A stretch of DNA of 64,000 bases from Eledone cirrhosa (lineage: Eukaryota), in contig OZ024743.1 of assembly GCA_964016885.1 (NCBI GenBank), forward strand, positions 43,028,001 to 43,092,000. The letters run 5' to 3'. Shown here piece after piece: positions 39,169-53,300 of this stretch. Under the pieces are notes generated by a model. The model made no database searches and was not told where the DNA came from. It saw only the letters and a program-made list of their open reading frames with translations. How positions within the stretch are numbered: the first letter of the stretch is position 1; each line of letters starts with the position of its first letter. A program made the position numbers and the translations under genes.

Positions 39169-42100
39169 CTACAGGCTTATGTAAAGTGAAGGCCCATTCA
39201 CACGGGCCATTCTCGCCACTTTCACCCACCTTTCATAAAAACGACTGGGGTGGAGCACCTCTCTCTCCATCCTGATCCTTCTTCCGAAATGATATCGGAA
39301 GAAACGGACCAGTTGTTGGCCAGAGAGAAAGGTGCCTGACCTCAGTCCTTTCAGACGCGTCCACCATACAACCTCTTTCGCCATGGCTATTACGCACAGA
39401 AACACCGCCTCTGCTTCATCTTTGAAGGGGGGAGGCGGCTTGATCGTTACAATAGACTCGGTGGTCAACCGGATCGGTCCCACCCTTGACAGCAGTTGTT
39501 CGACATAGCCCCACAGATCGGCTACGCCCGAGCAGTGTACCAATGCGTGTGCAACGGTTTCCTCGTCGCACACGCATCTGGGACAGATCTTTTTGGCGGG
39601 GTCCCTACCCGGGCGCCCGTGTCTGTAGAGCCTTTCTCGAACGGGTAAAGCCCCTCGGTAGCACTGCCAGGCCAGGGACTTCTGGAAGTTGTCCATAGGT
39701 CCCGGGCTGAATGTCCTACCGAACAGGCTGGCCAGTTCGTCCTCCTCCATGTCTAGGGCTTCTCCAAGGGCGTCGTCGCACCTGCTGCGTACCAGCCCTC
39801 TATAGAATGTTGCGGTGGAGACTCCAATGATAACCAGATCCGCCTGCCAGAGGGCGGTGAGCGCCTGGGCACACCCAGTGTGCCAGGCGAACAGTTTTCT
39901 CGGTCTTTGCTTGATCCAGGATTGCAGCTCGGTGAGTGAGACGAGTCTGGGAAAGGGCGTCTCACAAACGAGGCCCACACCGGTTGACCGGTGAGGAATA
40001 CGTAGAGGTGCCGTAGCCTTAATGCGTGTTTACGCATCATTAGCCACGGCATCGCCAGCCCTCCTTTCGAAGGGTGTTGACAGCAGATGGATCTCCTCAC
40101 CATAGTAGCCCGCCTCTTCCAAAGGAATTGGAAGAGTTCGCGCTCCATCTTGGTGAGGGTTTCCCTTGGGCAGGGCACTACGGTCAGGCGGTAGTAGATG
40201 ACGGACGCTATGTAGGTGTTCGCCACTTCCGCCCGACCTTTCAGGGATAGTTTGCAACTGGCCCACTTCTGGGTCAGTGCAAACACCCTGTTCGTAACAT
40301 CCGCCCAGTTTTTCTCCACCTGGAGGTCCGGTCCGAACCAGACCCCGAGCAACTTCACCGGGCCCTCCGTCCAGCGTCCGACGACGCCATCGGAGGGCAT
40401 CGGTCTGCCCCTCCACGTGCCGAGTTGCAAACCGATCGACTTGTCCCGGTTCAGCTTAGACCCTGTGAACCTTTCGTACTCCTCCAGTAAATTGCCGACC
40501 GCCTCGATTTCGGAGGCCGTCAACACCATTACTGTCACGTCATCGGCGTAGGCCGACACCGCTTTCCGCAATCCCGGTTCCAAAGGGATGCCCTGCAACA
40601 ACTCCAACTTCCGCAGTAGTGGCTCGAGAGTCAACACATACAGAAGGGAGGATAGAGGGCACCCTTGTCGGATGGACCGCGCGATTTTGAACGGCTCCGA
40701 GAGGTAGCCGTTCACCTTGACCCTAGAGCAGATGCGGCTGCTGTGCATAGCAGTGATCCAGCCCCTGAAAACGGCTCCGAAGCCTGCCGCCGCTAGCACC
40801 GCATCCAGGTAACCATGGTCGACCCTATCGAACGCCTTAGATTGATCCAAGTTGATCAGAGACCCACCAAAGCCGGGTTCGTTCCCAACCCTCTCTATGA
40901 TGTATCGCATGAGGTGGAGGTTGTCATGGATGGACCTGGACGGGATAGCGCATGTCTGCGCATCTCCCACCAGGTTTCCCACGACAAGCGCCAACCTCTT
41001 TGCTAGCACCTTGGCCAAAATCGGTAACTCTGTATTTAGCAGAGTTATGGGCCTGAAGTTACTTATTTCGTCCCCCTTGTTCTCGTCCTTCCTCACTAGC
41101 GTGACTACGCCCTTGGTCACAGTACAGGGAATTCTCCCGTTCTGTTGCCAGTTGCAGTAGACCGCCTCGAGGAGATCGGGGAACAAGTCCGGCATAGCTA
41201 GATATAATTCGTAAGAAAGACCATCGAGACCCGGGGATTTGCGTTTGCCGCATTGGCCCAGCACGTCCTCTATCTCAGCGGCCGAAATCGGCTCCTCGCA
41301 GGACTTCGCCTCCCTGTCCGAGAGGCGCGGCAGGCCGTCGAGGTATGGACCGAAGTCCACGTTCTCAACCGGCTCCCCGGCCCTCCCGAACAGTCGGGCA
41401 AAGTGCCTTTGAAAGGCCTCACACATCTGCTTAGGCTCAAGAATCGCCCGTCCATGCAGGTCTCGCAAAGACCGGATGTTGGATTTAGTTCCACTGTTGG
41501 CCTCTGTCACGCGGGCCCAGCTAACAGCTTTAGTCCCCTCGTTCCCTAGAGCACGTATTTTACTTCGGACAACGCAGCCTTCGTGCTTCGCGTCGAAAAA
41601 CTGGCTCAAAGCCGTTCTCGACGCTAACACTCTGGCCACGTCGCCGCTTCTAATAGCCTCTTCTACTCTATCTATTAGCTCCCTTTCCTTCCTATTCCTA
41701 TCCGCAGCTAGAACCTTACTAAATTCTATCGAGACTACTCTAATCTCTCTCTTTATTGATACCCACCACCTGCTGTTGACGATCGCTCCAGTCAACCGTT
41801 CCTTAACTAACCTACTAATCCGATCCCTGTAGGCTCTACTTGCCGGCAAGGACAAGTTGAGCTTCCAGTAACCGGGGCCCTGTCTATGCGTTCTATCAAG
41901 GTTGACCATGCAGGTCACCAACTTGTGGTCTGAATAGCCAACCATAGGGCATTTCTGGACAACTTAAAAAGTCCCTGTCCTTATTTCTATCTAAAAATCT
42001 ATCTAGGTACGACCTAGATGATCCGCTGCGATTTGACCAAGACCAGGTTGGCACCGTCGGAAAATCTAGTCGAAATTTATCGGCCAGGTCAAATCGGCCG

Positions 42101-42607
42101 AGTAACCCTTTGAGGCTGTTGCACCCTTCTCTATCGGGACATGCCCCTGCATAGTCCCAACGTGCATCCAGGATACCATTCCAATCCCCCACTAAAAGCA
42201 GGGAACGGGACGTCCCTAGAAAAGACTCCAGACGCTGGAAAAAGTCGGGCCGCTCAGTCCCAAAAGGGGCATATGCGGCTACCAGCCTAAAGGCTCTACC
42301 TTCACCACTGCCAAGGTCCAGAACCACCAGTCGACCCCCTGGGTCCAAGTGAACTATCTGTGTTGCAAGGCCCATATGTTTTTGCAGCAGAACGACAACC
42401 CCACCCCCACCTCCGGGCTGACAGAGAGATGCGTGCATCTCAAAGTCGTCAAAAGGTGGGGGCTAGCTGACGCATGCTGCTGATCCGGGCCTCGCAGATA
42501 ACCATCACATTTATAGATTGTGACCTGAGGTCATTTAGAAGCATTGCTTGCTTCCAAGACGAGCCCAGGCCACGCGCATTTAGACACCCTACTCTTAGCA
42601 CAGCCAT
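39169..42607 (-). pseudogene. ORF2 of copy B: APE endonuclease - reverse transcriptase - CCHC zinc finger (~1145 aa, frameshifted)
   Basis: LNARGL, ICE, GDWN, SYLDRF, SDHK; KSPGLDG, IRQGCPLS, AYADDV; CPRCVCDEETVAHALVHC. Confidence 0.95.
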
Positions 42608-42631
42608 GTTGGTGGTAAGGAGAAAAGGCAC

Positions 42632-44479
42632 TTACCTCTCTGCGTCCCGGGAAACGGGCCGCTCAATTTCCATGCTGGTTGGGGATGGGTTGTTGGGTGG
42701 GGTGGTGGTTTGTGGAAGTGAAGGGGCATCGGTGTGTTGTGGGGTTGGGGTGTTTGTGGTTGAGTGCGTGTCGGGGTGGGGTGGGGGGAATTTTTAGGAG
42801 GACGCGGTTGATTGGTTTGGCGCAAGGGGGGCCCACGTCCTCCGTGAAATTTATTTTCAGTGTTTTGTACAAGTGCATTGGGACTTTTATCATTTTTAAA
42901 TGAGGTAGTCCCACAGCAGTTTTAAAGTTAGGCCCTTCGGTTTGGACCGAAGGGTTTGCTGAAATTGTTTTCCGTAATTCTTTGTTGTCTATGTTCATGT
43001 ATGTATATTGTAAGGTCTTTTTTTGTGTAGCAGATAGTGTTGTGTGACAGGGAGGGGTGGTTTGTGTGTAGTTTGTGTTCTCTTGGGGGGGGGGGGGTTA
43101 AAGTTAACATGTGTGTCTGTGGTGCGTCTCCTCTTCTTTCTTTTTACTTGTTGGAAGGGATCTTTTTCGTCTTGCGACGAAAGGGGTTCGTCTTCCTTGT
43201 TGGGGGGGAGGGGTATGTTTTCTGGTAGTGTTTGCGGTGTGTGTGTTTTTGTATTTGTTTTGGGTGGGGAGGGATTGGGTGGGACGGTATTCTGTGTTAT
43301 TTTTTCACGTGTTTGTTGTTGTTGTTGTTGTGGTGGTGGTGGTGGGGTTGTTGGTTTTTGTTGTTGTTGTTGTTGTGGTTGTTTTTGTTGTTGTTGTTGG
43401 GGCGGTGTTGGTGTTGGTAGCAGTGTTTTTTTCTGTGTGAGCTGGGGACAGGCAGCCCTCAGGTGACCTCTATTGCCACAGAGGTAACAGGAGGGACGCC
43501 TACCCTCCACAATAATGTTGAGGTGGGTACGGTCATCCAGCATGACGCGCTCAGAGATTTGGGCGATGCGTTCTGGCCTTATTTGGGTCAGAACTTCGAT
43601 GCTCATTCCACTGAACGCGTCGCCGGATGCCTTCCCTATTGAAATGAGGTTGTCCTCGTCTAAATTGAGGAAGCCGGTTAGTAACCACCAGTAGTTTATG
43701 TTTGGGGTGATGGTGGTTATCCATATCCTATGGGTTTTTTTACCTATGTAGGTGGGGAAGAAGGTGTAGTGTGTGGACCGAATTGGCGACACAGAGTATT
43801 TTTTCGCCGCCAATTCGTCTTTCATCAATATGGATAAACTCCCATAGAGTTTATCCTTTTGTATAAAAGTGATGTCTCTCATCGCGTCTTTCAAGACTAA
43901 CTGAATTTCGGCTTGAGATGGTTGCGCTGGTTTTTTTGTTTTATTTAAAATTGTTCGGAATACGACAGTTCGTAATTCCGTCTGTTTTTTTAGTTCTGGA
44001 GGTGAATGTATAGAAAACGAACCGTTTTCGCCAAAAGATACATATTTCTTGGCTTTTTCCATCATTTCTTTTGCTTTTGAAATATCTTCAAGCACATACG
44101 CGACTGATAATTTAGCCGTTTGTGCAAAAGATATTTTGTTTTCGCTTTGGATTTTAGTATTGTTTTGTTTCTCGTCGTTTGAGTTGTTTTCATCTTTGTT
44201 GTTGTTGTTGTCTTTCTCGTTTGGTGTGTGGATACTTGTGACGTTTGTGTTGTTGTTGTTTTTGTTGTCTTTATTGTTGCTGTTGTTGTCGTTGTTGTTG
44301 TTGTTTTCAAATTCTTTTGTAGTTGTGGCTACATCTAGTGGTCGGTCAACAGGTGAAGACAATTCTTCCTCTCTCTGACCTCTGCCTTTGGCATCTGCTG
44401 CTGTGACAGTGGAAGGGGGAAGCTGTGAGTATGACTTCCCCTTTCCTTCTTTGATTGATGGTGAAGATGCTTCAGCCAT
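42632..44479 (-). pseudogene. ORF1 of copy B: gag-like protein with one CCHC zinc knuckle and low-complexity N/Q/P tracts
   Basis: ISFAQTA, GRRPSCYLCGNRGHLRAACP; C-terminus ..MEIERPVSRDAER* after frameshifts. Confidence 0.9.
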
Positions 44480-44540
44480 TTTTCTCAAAATAGGGTTTTT
44501 CGAAGTTTTTCGAAAGATAAAATGTTCACAGATAGATATG

Positions 44541-47500
44541 TTTCTTTATTAGCCACAGGGGCACAAAAGAAGGGGACAAATACAAAGGCGGAAGTTTACA
44601 TACAATAAAAACGTGTAAAATATTATCACAAATGTAATTTAAAAGTTAATCGATTTTCCCCAATAGGGGGAGGCATTTCATATGGGTAGCACATACTCCC
44701 GAAAAAATGTGCAATCCTCATCTCCAGGAGTACGAAAAGTCTGTACCCCTTTCCGCTCTTCCTCCTTTTCCTCAACCTACAGGCTAATATAGAGAGAAGG
44801 CCCATTCACTCGGGCCATTCTCGCCACTTTCACCCACCTTTCAGAAAATGTGCTGGGGTACAGCCCCTCTCTCTCCATCCTGATTCTTCTTCCAAAGTGG
44901 TATTTGAAAAAAAGAATCAGTTGTTGGCCGGAGAGAACGTTGTCTGACCTCAGCCCTTTTAACCTTGTCCACCATAAAACCTCTTTCTCCATAGCTATCA
45001 CACAAAGGAAAAGCGCCTCTCCTTTGTTTTTGAAGGAGGGTGGCGGTTTAATCATGGCAATGGACTCGGTGGTCAACCGGATTGGTCTCACTCGCGACAA
45101 TAGTCGTTTTACATAGCCCTACAGGTCGGTAACGCTCGGGCAGTGTATGAATGGGTGCGCGACGGTTTCTACGTCGCACGCCTCTCGGACAGATCTTTTT
45201 CGAAGGGTCCCTGCCCGGGCGCCCATGTCTGTAGGGTTTGTCTCGAACTAGTAGAGCTCCTCGGTAGCACTGCGAGGCCAGGGACTTTTGGGAAGTTGTC
45301 CATCGGTACCAGGCGGACGGTCCTACCGAACAGACTGGCCAGTTCGTTTTCCTCTGCGCCTAGAGCTTCTCCGAACGCGTCGTCGCACTTGCTGCGGATC
45401 AACCCTCTAAAGAATGACGAAGTGGAGTCTCCACTGATCGCCGGGTCCGCCTGCCAGAGGGCTGTGAGCGCCTGAGCACATTCGATGTGCCAGTTGCCCA
45501 TTTTCCTCGGTCTCAGCTTGACCCAGGACTGCAGCTCGGTATGCGAGACGAGTCGTTGAAGGCCCACCTCACGAACGGGGCCCACACCGGTTGTCCGGTG
45601 AGGAATAGGTATAGATGCCGCTGCCTGAGCGCGTGTTTGCGCATCGTCAGCCACGGCATCCCCAGCCTTCCGTTGGAAGGGTGTTGGCAGAAGACGGATC
45701 TTCTTACCAAAGGAGCCCGCTTCTTCCAAAGGAATTGGAAGAGCGCGCGCTCCATTTTGGTGAGCGTTTTGACTGGACAAGGCACGACGGTCAAGCGGTA
45801 GTAGATGACGGATGCTATAAAAGTGTTCGCCACCTCCGCTCGACCTTTCTAGGATAGTTTGCACTCGGCCCACTTCTGGGTGAGTGCAAACACCTTGGCC
45901 GTCATCTCGTTCCAGTTTTTCCCCACCTGGGTGTCCGGACCAAACCAGACCACGAGCAGCTTTACCGGTCCTTCCGGCCAGCCTCCGACGACACCATCGG
46001 AAGGCATCGGTTTGCATCCCCACGATCCGAGTTGCAAACCGATGGTCTTGTCCCGGTTCAGCTTCGCTCCTGTGAACGTTTCGTATTCCTTCAGTAAGGT
46101 GCCAACTTCCTCGATTTGCGAGGTACTCGACACCATTACTGCTACGTCGTCGGCGTAGGCCGACGCCGCTTTCCGCAGTCCCGGTTCCAGAGGGATGCCC
46201 TGCAATAGCTCCAACTTCCGCAGTAGTGGCTCGAGAGTCAATACGTCCAGAAGGGAGGAGAGAGGGCATGCCTGTCGAATGGATCGCGTGATATGGAACG
46301 GCTCCGAGAGGTAGCCGTTCACCTTGCCCCTTGAGCAGATGTTGCTGTTGTGCATTGCAGCAATCCAGCCCGTGAACACAGGTCCGAAGCCTGCTGCCTC
46401 GAGCACCGCATGCAGATAACGATGGCCAACCCTATCGAAAGCTTTAGACTGATCCAAATTGATCAGGGCCCCACCGAAGCCGTGTTTACACCCTACCCTC
46501 TCTATGATGTGGAGGTTGTCGTGTATGGACCTGTTCGGGATTGCGCATGTCTGCGCTTCTCCCACCAGGTTTTCGACGACAAGCGCCAACCTCTTTTCCA
46601 ACACCTTCGCCAAAATCTGTAACTCTGTGTTTAGCAGAGTTATGGGCCGGAAATTGCCTATGTCATCCCCCTTATTCTCGTTCTTCCTGACTAGTGTGAC
46701 TACGCCCCTCATCACAGAACTGGGAATTCTCCCGTTCTGCTGCCAGTTGCAGTAGACCGCTTCCAGGAGACCGGAGTACAAGTCCGGCATTGCGATGTAA
46801 AATTCGTAGGGTAGACCGTCGAGACCTGGAGATTTGCTTTAGCCGCATTGGTTCAGCGCGTCCTCTATCTCAGCGGCTGAAATCGGCTTTTCGCAGAACT
46901 TCGTCTCGCTGTCCGAGAGTCACTGTAGGCCGTCGATGTATGGACCGAAATCCATAGCTCCTAACGGCGCGCCGCCCTGCCCGAACGGTTGAGTAAAGTG
47001 CCGCTGAAGGCCGCGAACATCTGCTTCGGCTCACATATCACGCGTCCATCTTGGTCCTTTAAAGACCGAATCGTGGACTTTTTGCCACTTTTTGCCTCCG
47101 TCACCCGGGCCCAGCTAACAGCTTTGGCTCCCTCGTTACCCAGAGCACGTATTTTGCTTCTGACAACGCAGCCCTCGTGCTTTGCGTCGAAGAACTGTTC
47201 CAATGCCGTTCTCGTTGCTAGCACACTGGCTACGTTGCCACTTCTAATTGCCTCTTCTACTTTATCTATCAGTTCCTTCTCAGTCCTATTTCTATTTAAC
47301 GCTAATTATTTACTAAAAACTAACGAGTCTAATCTAACTGCCCTCTTGAGAGAGTACCACCATCTGTTGTTGACAATGGCCCCTGTCAAGTGCTGTTTAA
47401 TTAAATTGCTAATCCGTCTACTGCAGGCTTTGTATGTCGGTAACGACAAGTTCAGCTTCCAGTAGCCGGGTCCTTGTCTTTGGGTTCTATCAAGTTTGAG

Positions 47501-50330
47501 CATGCAGGTCACTAGTTTGTGATCTGAATAGGCAACCATGAACATTTGTGGAGAGCTTAACATGTCCCTATCTTTATTTCTAACTAGAACCCTATCTAGG
47601 TACGATCTAGATGTTCCCGTGCGATTAGTCCACGCCCACAGTGGCACAGTCGGAAAATCTAGTCGATATATATCGGCCAGGTCAAATCGGCCAATTAACT
47701 GTTTGAGGCTGTTACACCCCCGCTTTATCGCGACATGCTCCCACATAATTCCAACGTGCATCTAGGATTCCATTCCAGTCCCCCACTAAAAGCAAGGAGC
47801 GGGACATTCCCAGAAAAGTCTCTAGACGTTTGAAGATGTCTGGCCGCGGTGTCCCGGATGGGGCATATGTGGCCACCAGCCTGAAGGCTCCACCTTCACT
47901 ACCGTCAACGTCTAGGACCACCAGTCGACCCTCCGGGTCCAGATGTATCGTATGTGTTACGTGGTTCAGGTGCTTACGCAGCAAACGGCAGCCCCGCCCC
48001 CACCACCCGGTTGACAGAGAGATGCGTAGATCTCAAAGTCGTGGAAGATGGGGGCCAGCTGTCGCTCGCTGTGGATCCTCGACTCGCAAATGTCTACTAC
48101 ATCCATAGTGTGCGACCTGAGGTCGTGTAAGTGTTTGCCCTGTTTCCAGGCCGCGTACATTCACAAATCCAACTCTTATATTGGCGATGTTGGTGCTGAA
48201 AAGTTAAAAGAAGAGGAAAAGAAATCACTCACCTTTTCGTCTCCTGGGGACCAGGCTGTATGATTTCCATGGGGGTGTTGGAGGGGTTGTCTGGGTGGGT
48301 GGTGTTTTCAGGCAGGGTGGGAACGGAGATGTTTGGTGGGGAGGGGGTACCTGATGGGGCGGGGGTGTCTGGGATGAGGGTGGGGAAACATTTTAAAAGG
48401 ACGCGGTTAATGGGTTTAACACAAGGATTACCCTTAGGAAATTTTTCCTTTAAAGACTTATAGGTGTCCGTAAGGGACCCTAATCATCTTTAAATTAGGT
48501 CTGTCTGCACAGTTCGAAAAAGTTTTCCATTCGGTTTTCACCATAGGGTCGTGAGAGATGACCTCCATTAAAGCTTTGTTTTCACTGTTTATGTATGTGT
48601 AATGTTCTTGTTGTGTTGTGTTGTGTTGGTTTTTGTCATTTGTTCTTGTGTGAGCTTTCGTTTTGTTGTAGGTGTTTGTGTTTGGAGTGATGACGTGGTT
48701 TTGTTTTCGGGACGGGGGGTTTTTGTTTGTAATGTTTGTGTTGTTTGTGTTGGTGGTTGTATGTTTGTAATGATGTTTGTTGCTTTTTTGTTTTTGTGGT
48801 GTCTTTTCTTCTTTCTTTTCGAACGTAGAGGCTCTCCCTCATCGCCACTTGGTGATGATGAGGGGGCCTCGTCCGTTGTGGTGTCTGTGTTATTTGGAAG
48901 GGGTATGTTTTGGGGAGCTGTTGTGTTTGTGGGTGTTTTTGCAGTGGTTTTAGGTGGAGTAACGTTGGGTGGGACTGTGCTTGCAGTTTGGTTTGTTGTT
49001 CCTGTTTTGGTTCTGTTTGCGTGTTGTTGTTGTTGTTGTTGCTGCTGTTGTGGTGGTGGTTGTGTTGTTGTTTTGGGTGTTGGCAGTAGTGCCTCTTTTT
49101 TTTGCAGCTAGCTAAGGACAGTAAGCCTTCAGTTGACCGCTGCTTAAACAGTGGTAACATGAAGGCCGCCTACCCTCAACAAAAATGTTTATGTATGAAA
49201 TTCCATCCAGAGGCACACGTTGGGGTATTTTAGCTATCCGTTCTGGCCTCATTTGGATCAGAACTTCCAGGCTTGTTCCATTGAATGTGCTTCTGGAGGA
49301 CTTTCCCACTGAAATGATGGTGTCTTCATTGAAATCGATGATGCCAGTCAAAAATCCACCAGAAGTTTACATTTGGTGAAATGTTCGAAATTTTAATGTT
49401 GTGAGTTCTTTTTCCCATATATGTGGGGAAAAAGGTGTAAAGGGGGGGGGGGGGGGGCACACAATCTGCGACACAGAATATTTTTGTCCCGTCAATTGGT
49501 CTTTCATCAACACCGAAATGCTTCCAAAAAGTTTACCTTTTTGGATGAAGGCATTATCCTTCATTGGATTTTTCAGAACCAGTTCAATGTCGTTTTGGGC
49601 TAATTGGACTGGTGTTTTTGACACATTTGAATTTGTCCTAAAAATTATTGTTTTTAGGATAGGTTCTCTACGTAACTGTTGAGAAGTGATTCTGAAAGCA
49701 CCACTCTCACCAAAAGTTACATACTGCTTTGCATCACTTAACAGCTCCCTAGCATTGGAAATGTCAAGGTATGTAAACAGTTCCGTCTTTTGGACGGTTT
49801 GAGCAAAGGAAATCTTTTCCTTGTTTGTGGAGTTGTTCGTGTTGCTGTTGTTGTTGGTGGTGTGGTTGTCATCATTATTGCTGTTGTTCTTGTTATTGTT
49901 GTTGTTGTTGTTCACATTTTTCATCTTATTGGTGGTGTTGTTTGTTTTTTCGTGTGTAGTTGTGTCAATTGTTTCAATTAGAGCATTTTCTGTGTTTTTT
50001 GGTTTCTGTTGTGGGCTGTTATTTTCATCTCTTGTTGTGTAAATATTCATTTCTTTACGAAACGAAGTTTTGTTGTTGTTCGTTTTCATAGATACTTTTA
50101 TGGAAATAGAGGGAGATATCTCTCAGTCTAGCGTTGGTTGTAAGTCACACATTGTTAAAGTTAGGAACATTTTAAAAACTTGTGGGGCGAAAATTGAGAT
50201 TACCACCCAGCTGACAATTCAGCCTGAGTGTTAATCTATCAAACAATATAATTTTTTACACAATAAATTCTGTTTTTTTATGGAACATTTTACAAAAGGT
50301 TACCAGCGATTACCGCACGTCCGATACAGA
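44541..50330 (-). mobile_element. Tx1-like retrotransposon, copy C (full length, decayed)
   Basis: ORF1 pieces 48229-50089 (GRRPSCYHCLSSGQLKAYCP), ORF2 pieces 44777-48188 (AYADDV); (GATA)n on both sides. Confidence 0.95.
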
Positions 50331-50333
50331 GAC

Positions 50334-50362
50334 AGATAGATATAGATAGATAGATAGATAGG

Positions 50363-50399
<37 letters not shown>
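50334..50399. repeat. (GATA)n tract between copies C and D
   Basis: Directly visible. Confidence 0.97.
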
Positions 50400-53300
50400 T
50401 TCTTTATTTACCATAAAGGCATAAAAAGAAGGGACAAATACAAAGGGGGAGTTTACATATAATCGAGTAAAAAGGGTGTAACATGAAAATAATCGAAAAT
50501 AACCTCAAAAGGGAGGGGACGTGATGGGGGTTGCACACACCCCCGAAAAAGTGTGCAATCCTTTGCCCGGGGAGCACATGGAGAAGGTGCTCCCCTCTCC
50601 TTTACTTCTTTACCTACAGGATGGTATACAGAGAAGGCCCATTTACACGAGCCATTCTCGCCACTATCACCCACCTTTCATAAAACTGCCTGTGGCCAAG
50701 CACCTCTCTCTCCATTCTTATCCTTCTTCCGAAGTGATATCGGAAGAAGTAGACCAGACTATGGCCAGAGAGGAAGTTGCCTGACCTCAGACCTTTCAAT
50801 CGTGTCCACCAAACAACCTCTTTCAACTTGGCTATTACGCACAGAAAAACCGCCTTTGCTTCCTTTGTGAAGAGGGGAGGCGGTTTGATTGTCATCACGG
50901 ACTCGGCGGTCAATTTAATCGGCGCCACCCGCGACAGCAGTCGTTCAGCGTAGCCCCACAGATCAGCCACGCCCGGACATTGCACCAATGCGTGCGCAAC
51001 GGTTTCTTCGTGACGCACGCATCTAGGGCAAATCTTTTTTGAGGGATCCCTGCCCGGGCGCCCGTGTCTGTAGAGCCTCTCTCGAACGGGTAGAGCCCCC
51101 CGGTAGCACTGCCAGGCCAGTGACTTCTGGAAGTTGTCCATTGGTCCTGGGCCGAAAGTCCTACCGAACAGGCTGGTCAGTTCGTCTTCTTCCATGTCCA
51201 GCGACTCTCCAAGGGTGTCATCGCCCCTGCTAGCCACCAGCCCTCTATAGAATGATGAGGTGGATTCTCCACCGATGGCCTGGCCCGCTTGCCAGAGAGC
51301 CCTGAGCGCCTGTGCACACTCAGTGTGCCAGTCTCCCAGTTTTTCGGATCTTTTCTTGACCCAGGACTGTAGCTCGGTGAGCGAGACGAGTCTCGGAAAG
51401 GCTCGTTTCACGAACGGAGCCCACACCGGTTGACCAGTGAGGAATACCTGTAGGTGCCGTAGCCTTAATGCGTGCTTGAGCATCATCAACCACGGCATCC
51501 CCAGCCCTCCTTTCGAAGGTTGTTGTCAGCAGATGGATCTTCTCACCATAGGAGGGCGCTTCTTCCAAAGAAATTGGAAGAGCATGCGTTCCATGGTGGT
51601 GAGTGTTTCCTTAGGGCAAGGCACGACAGTCAGGCGGTAGTAAGTGACGGACGCTATGTAAATGTTCGCCACCTCCGCCCGGCCTTTTAGGGACAGCTTA
51701 CACTTGGCCCATTTCTGGGTTAGTGCAAACACCTTGTTCGTAACCTCGTTCCAGTTCTTTTCCACCTGGAGGTCCGGTCCAAACCAGACCCCAAGCAACT
51801 TTACCGGGCCCTCCGTCCAGTGTCCGACGACACCGTCAGGAGGCATCGGTCTGCCTCTCCACGTTCCGAGTTGCAGCCCGATGGATTTTTCCCGGTTCAG
51901 TTTCGCTCCTGACAACCTTTCGTAATCCTCCAGTAAAGTACCGATCGCCTCGATCTCCGAGTCGGTCGATACCATTGCTGTTACGTCATCGGTGTAGGCC
52001 GACACCGCTTTGCTCAATCCTGGTTCCAGGGGGATACCCTGCAACAACTCCAACTTACTCAGTAAAGGCTCGAGAGTCAATACGTACAGAAGGGAGGAGA
52101 GAGGGCACCCCTGTCGAATGGATCGTGTGATTTCGAACGGCTTCGAAAGGTAGCCGTTCACCTTGATCCTAGAACAGATGTGGTTGCTATGTAAGGCAGT
52201 GATCCAGCCTCTGAAAACAGGACCGAACCCAGCCGCCGCTAGCACCGCATCCAGGTAACCATGGTCGACCCTATCGAAGGCCTTATACTGATCCAAGTTG
52301 ATCAGGGCCCCACCGAAGCCGGGTTTGTTGCCAACCCTCTCTATGATGTATCGCATGAGGTGGAGGTTATCGTGAATGGACCTGGATGGGATAGCACATG
52401 TCTGCGCATCTCCCACCAGGCCACCCACGACAAGCGCCAACCTCTTTGCTAACACCTTGGCCAAAATCTTTAACTCTGTGTTTAGCAGGGTTATGGGCCG
52501 AAAATTATTTATACTATCTCCCTTGTTCTCGTCCTTCCTCACCAGCGTGACTACGCCCTTGGCTACAGAACAAGGAATTCTCCCGTTCTGCTGCCAATTG
52601 CAGTAGACCGCTTCGAGGAGTTCGGAGAAGAAGACCGGCATTGCTAAATAAAGTTCGTAAGGTATACCATCGAGACCTGGAGATTTGCGTCTGCTGCATT
52701 GGCTCAGCGCATCTCCGATCTCATCAGCCGAGATTGGTCCCTCGCAGGACTCTGCCTCTTCGCTCGAGAGACGCGGCAGGCCGTCGAGGTATGGACCGAA
52801 ATCCACGCCCTGCCCGGACCCTCGCCTCCCCCGAACAATTGGGCAAAGTGCCTTTGAAAGGCCTCGCACATCTGCTTAGGCTCCCGGATCACCCGTCCAT
52901 CTTCGTCTTGCAACGACCGGATGGTGGATCGATTTCCACTCTTAGCTTCTGTCACGCGGGCCCAGCCAACGGCTTTGGCCCCCTCATTACCTAGAGCACG
53001 TATTTTACTTCGAATGACGCAGCCTTCGTGCTTTGCATCGAAAAACTAGTTCAAGGCCGTCCTCGATGCCAGCACTCTGGCCACATCTTCGCTCTTGATT
53101 GCCTCTTCTAATTTACCTGTTAATTCTTTCTCGTTTCTATTCCTATCGGCAGCTAACATCTTGCTATAACTTATTGATTCTGTTCTAATCTCTCTTTTGA
53201 GAGATGCCCACCATCGGTTGTTGACGATTGCACCCGTCAACCTCTCCCTAACTAATCTGCTAATCCGGTTTCTGTAAGTCTCTTTTGCCGGTAAAAGACA

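Larger units (their letters stand above)
38972..44528 (-). mobile_element. Tx1-like retrotransposon, copy B (best preserved; short 5' end)
   Basis: ORF1 and ORF2 with few frameshifts; flanked by (GATA)n at 38941-38970 and 44530-44538. Confidence 0.96.

Noticed and set aside
48196-48232. 37-nt micro-intron fusing ORF1 to ORF2 in copy C
   Set aside because: The AG in the spacer is not present in A, B or D, and the intron would be very short.
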